Below are positions 61,404 to 64,000 of a stretch of DNA of 64,000 nt, in pieces. The DNA is from an uncultured Jutongia sp. (lineage in GTDB: Bacteria > Bacillota > Clostridia > Lachnospirales > Lachnospiraceae): the NCBI GenBank assembly GCA_964409845.1, contig CAYPEW010000016.1, positions 383-64,382 of the forward strand. Direction: 5' to 3'. The notes beneath the pieces were generated by a model that was not told where the DNA came from, ran no database searches, and saw nothing but the letters and a program-made list of their open reading frames with translations. The position numbers and the translations under genes were made by a program. How positions within the stretch are numbered: position 1 is the stretch's first letter; the number at the start of each line of letters is the position of its first letter.

Positions 61404-62428
61404 TGTATGGGAAAGAATATCAAGTAGGAATGTACGGTGGTGCTTTTTGTCCATTGCATCTGGGACATTTAGAATGTATGATACGGGGAGCAGCATTGTG
61501 TGAGACATTGTATATAGTGATATCCTACCGAAATCATTCCAGTGATGTTGATGTAAAAGTTAAGATTAGATGGGTATATCAGTTAACCAAACATCTTGGA
61601 AATGTAAAGATATTGACTTTGGAAGATCAATTTACGGATAAAGCTGCTTATACAGAAGAATATTGGCAAAAGGATTGCGATTATATTAAACAGCAGATTG
61701 GCAGAAAAATTGATGTGGTATTCTGCGGCAGCGATTATAATGAAAAAAGTTTCTGGAATCAATGCTATCCAGACAGTGAATTTGTAGTATTCCCCAGGAA
61801 TCAATATAATTCCACGGCCATTCGGCAAGATCTTTATGGACATTGGGATTGGATGCCTCAGATTGTGCGTTCCCATTTTGTAAAAAAGGTATTGCTGATT
61901 GGAGGAGAGAGTGTGGGGAAATCAACTCTTACCATCAATCTAGCTCATTACTATAACACCAATTATCTGGAGGAGGTGGGAAGAGAATTATCAGAACTTT
62001 CAGGAACCGATGCCTATATGCTATCCGAAGATTTTACCAGAATTTTATTAGAGCATAAGGCAAAGGAGATGAGGTTGCTCCCCCAGAGTAATAAGATCCT
62101 TTTTGAGGATACAGATTGCCTGATTACCCGTTTCTTTATGGGGTTTTTGGAAGATGAAAATATTGAAAATAATGCGAGCCTGGCGGAGGCAATTGCCAGA
62201 CTGAACTACTATGACCTCATTTTGTTTTTGGAACCAGATGTTACTTGGGTACAGGACGGAGATAGAAGCGAAGTTATGGCAGCAGACCGGATTCATTACA
62301 GTAATCAAATTCAGAAAATTTATAAAAAATTTGGATTTTCTTTTCAAACTATTCGTGGCAATTATGTGAAGCGATTTGAACAGGCAGTAAAGCTGGTAGA
62401 TGAATTACTTGAGCAAAATTATTTTTAA
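61400..62428 (+). CDS. nadR: NadR-type NMN adenylyltransferase / ribosylnicotinamide kinase (no HTH)
   Basis: GGAFCPLHLGH (HxGH), STAIR, Walker A GGESVGKST, WVQDGDR. Confidence 0.85.
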   Translation: MMYGKEYQVGMYGGAFCPLHLGHLECMIRGAALCETLYIVISYRNHSSDVDVKVKIRWVYQLTKHLGNVKILTLEDQFTDKAAYTEEYWQKDCDYIKQQIGRKIDVVFCGSDYNEKSFWNQCYPDSEFVVFPRNQYNSTAIRQDLYGHWDWMPQIVRSHFVKKVLLIGGESVGKSTLTINLAHYYNTNYLEEVGRELSELSGTDAYMLSEDFTRILLEHKAKEMRLLPQSNKILFEDTDCLITRFFMGFLEDENIENNASLAEAIARLNYYDLILFLEPDVTWVQDGDRSEVMAADRIHYSNQIQKIYKKFGFSFQTIRGNYVKRFEQAVKLVDELLEQNYF

Positions 62429-62445
62429 GCAAATATTGATTATGC

Positions 62446-62970
62446 TTAAAGATTGTTGACAATGACGATTCCAAACAGTAGGACAAAACCTATCGTGCCG
62501 ATGGAAGCAAGAATATTAAGGATGCGGTTTGTATGTTCATGGAACAATTTCGTGCACAGAGTATAGAGCAGACAGCCCAAAATTCCCCCTAAAGAATTGT
62601 TAATTAAATCCGTAATATCTGACGCACCGATGGCAAAAATATATTGTACGATTTCAAAAAGCAGGCTTACGCCAATGGCAGGACAGGCACGTTTCCAAAG
62701 CTGCCACTCAGGCTTTAACATGCTCAGGTAAATTCCGAAGGGGAGAAATACTATCATGTTGAGCAGTAATTCAGAATAGGACAACTTACCATTTACAATG
62801 AGAGAATCGCCATACGGAATCAGGTTTATATTTCTTAACTGTGGAAGGTGATGAATGGATGTAGAGAATTTAAATAATATAATCCAGGTTAGTGCGATGA
62901 GATAAATAAATAGTAGTATCCGAGTTAGTGTGTTACTCTTTGCTGATCGAATGTTTTTAGAATGTTCCAT
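62446..62970 (-). CDS. VanZ family membrane protein
   Basis: INLIPY, NMIVFLPFG, EIVQY...DITDLINNSLG. Confidence 0.88.
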   Translation of the reverse strand: MEHSKNIRSAKSNTLTRILLFIYLIALTWIILFKFSTSIHHLPQLRNINLIPYGDSLIVNGKLSYSELLLNMIVFLPFGIYLSMLKPEWQLWKRACPAIGVSLLFEIVQYIFAIGASDITDLINNSLGGILGCLLYTLCTKLFHEHTNRILNILASIGTIGFVLLFGIVIVNNL

Positions 62971-63283
62971 GATATACCCCCATGTGTTGTATTGTTGTCG
63001 TTTCTAATCTTGTGTTTATGCATATCTACATAAATTAATTAATTCCAATATATTTATGGTATCATAATAATCTTCCAAAAACTCTGACGATTTTCTGAAG
63101 TATTATTATGGTACTTTATTTTTTGCAATAGGATATATTAAGCGCTTATTCTTTTTTTAGTCAAAAGTGATATAATGATAAGTGGACTGGGCGAGCTTGC
63201 TTGTGAAGGCTAGGCAAGATCATAATGCGAAGTCTTATGATCTAATGAGTACATATTATCTTTAAGAATGCAAAGGAGATGTT

Positions 63284-63970
63284 ATGATGGAAATTAGATT
63301 TCATTCAAAATGGTTTGAAAAGTGCATCAGGGATTATTTAGATATTTGGGATAGAGCGATTACAGATGAAGATATATGCGTCATCAAATATCTTTATGTA
63401 ACTACGACACATAGTTATGAAATAGGATTCGGGCAGGGCGATTTGCCTAAAAATTTTAAATTTTCCGATTGTGGTGATGAGTGGGAATTTTGTTGCCTGG
63501 ACGATACAGCAAAGTATAAACATTTTGAAGATTTTATAGAGATAGATGATTGTGATGAAGAGATATACCTTTCTTTGAAACGAGATTTGCGAGATTTGTT
63601 GGAGGAAAAGGGAGAGAGTGATAATGTAGACAAAGTATCTATGAAGAAATTTGAGATTGAAGTTAAAAAATCTATGAAGAAATTTGAAAGTAGTGTTAAA
63701 AAATATATGGCGGAAGATGCTGATTTCGATGGCTTGGTGATGGACGAGGACACTGATGACTATGGAATTTTATCACCGGACGATTTTGCTTATCTGACAG
63801 AATTGGAAGTAGTTCGTTTGGTGTCGTGTGAGACAGAAATTCACAATCTTAAATTTTTGAATGCTTTGCCAAAGCTTCGTGTTCTGGAAGTTGGAGAAGT
63901 TTTCTTAGATACATTGGAGGGATTGGAAGCGTTGATCGGATTGGAGAAATTATGTGTCTGGTTTAATTAA
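63284..63970 (+). CDS. acidic hypothetical protein with C-terminal leucine-rich-repeat-like segments
   Basis: AAAGGAG RBS; LTELEVVRL, LPKLRVLEV, LIGLEKLCV repeats. Confidence 0.6.
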   Translation: MMEIRFHSKWFEKCIRDYLDIWDRAITDEDICVIKYLYVTTTHSYEIGFGQGDLPKNFKFSDCGDEWEFCCLDDTAKYKHFEDFIEIDDCDEEIYLSLKRDLRDLLEEKGESDNVDKVSMKKFEIEVKKSMKKFESSVKKYMAEDADFDGLVMDEDTDDYGILSPDDFAYLTELEVVRLVSCETEIHNLKFLNALPKLRVLEVGEVFLDTLEGLEALIGLEKLCVWFN

Positions 63971-64000
63971 AATTCAAAGAAAAATGAAAAATTTGAAAAA

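Noticed and set aside
63180..63250. Hairpin leader upstream of the last gene (AGATCATAA/TTATGATCT)
   Set aside because: Single short stem with no recognisable riboswitch features; insufficient evidence.

Overview
Chromosomal window from a low-GC, spore-forming clostridial bacterium; gene content and order suggest Lachnospiraceae (inference). It is mostly core and housekeeping DNA. The left part holds a cell-wall cluster (MBOAT/DHHW O-acylation pair, SH3-NlpC/P60 hydrolase, D,D-carboxypeptidase), tRNA-Arg(CCT), a stand-alone clpX, a Csp-type subtilase, yaaL/bofA and a complete Gram-positive Tad/Flp pilus locus. The middle has GH31, a heterodimeric ABC exporter, glgP, spoVT-hup-yabOPQ, trkAH, ecfAA'T-truA and spoIIID. 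The right part has a dGTPase/tautomerase/HipA-like patch, GH3, rpoBC and pnuC-nadR. The most striking unexplained signal is non-coding: a 550-bp element (13266-13815) that is an imperfect palindrome over its whole length, has GTTAC...GTAAC ends and is flanked by an 8-bp target-site duplication. A 27-bp minimal relative with its own 8-bp duplication sits at 4445-4471 and a degenerate third copy at 46594-46620; no transposase is visible in the window. Further signals are a G-U-rich RNA-like hairpin inside the Tad operon, two more dispersed intergenic repeat pairs, tandem WalR-type boxes over the NlpC/P60 promoter, and an orphan promoter-terminator unit after yabQ. All calls are by eye from motifs and synteny; no database searches were run.
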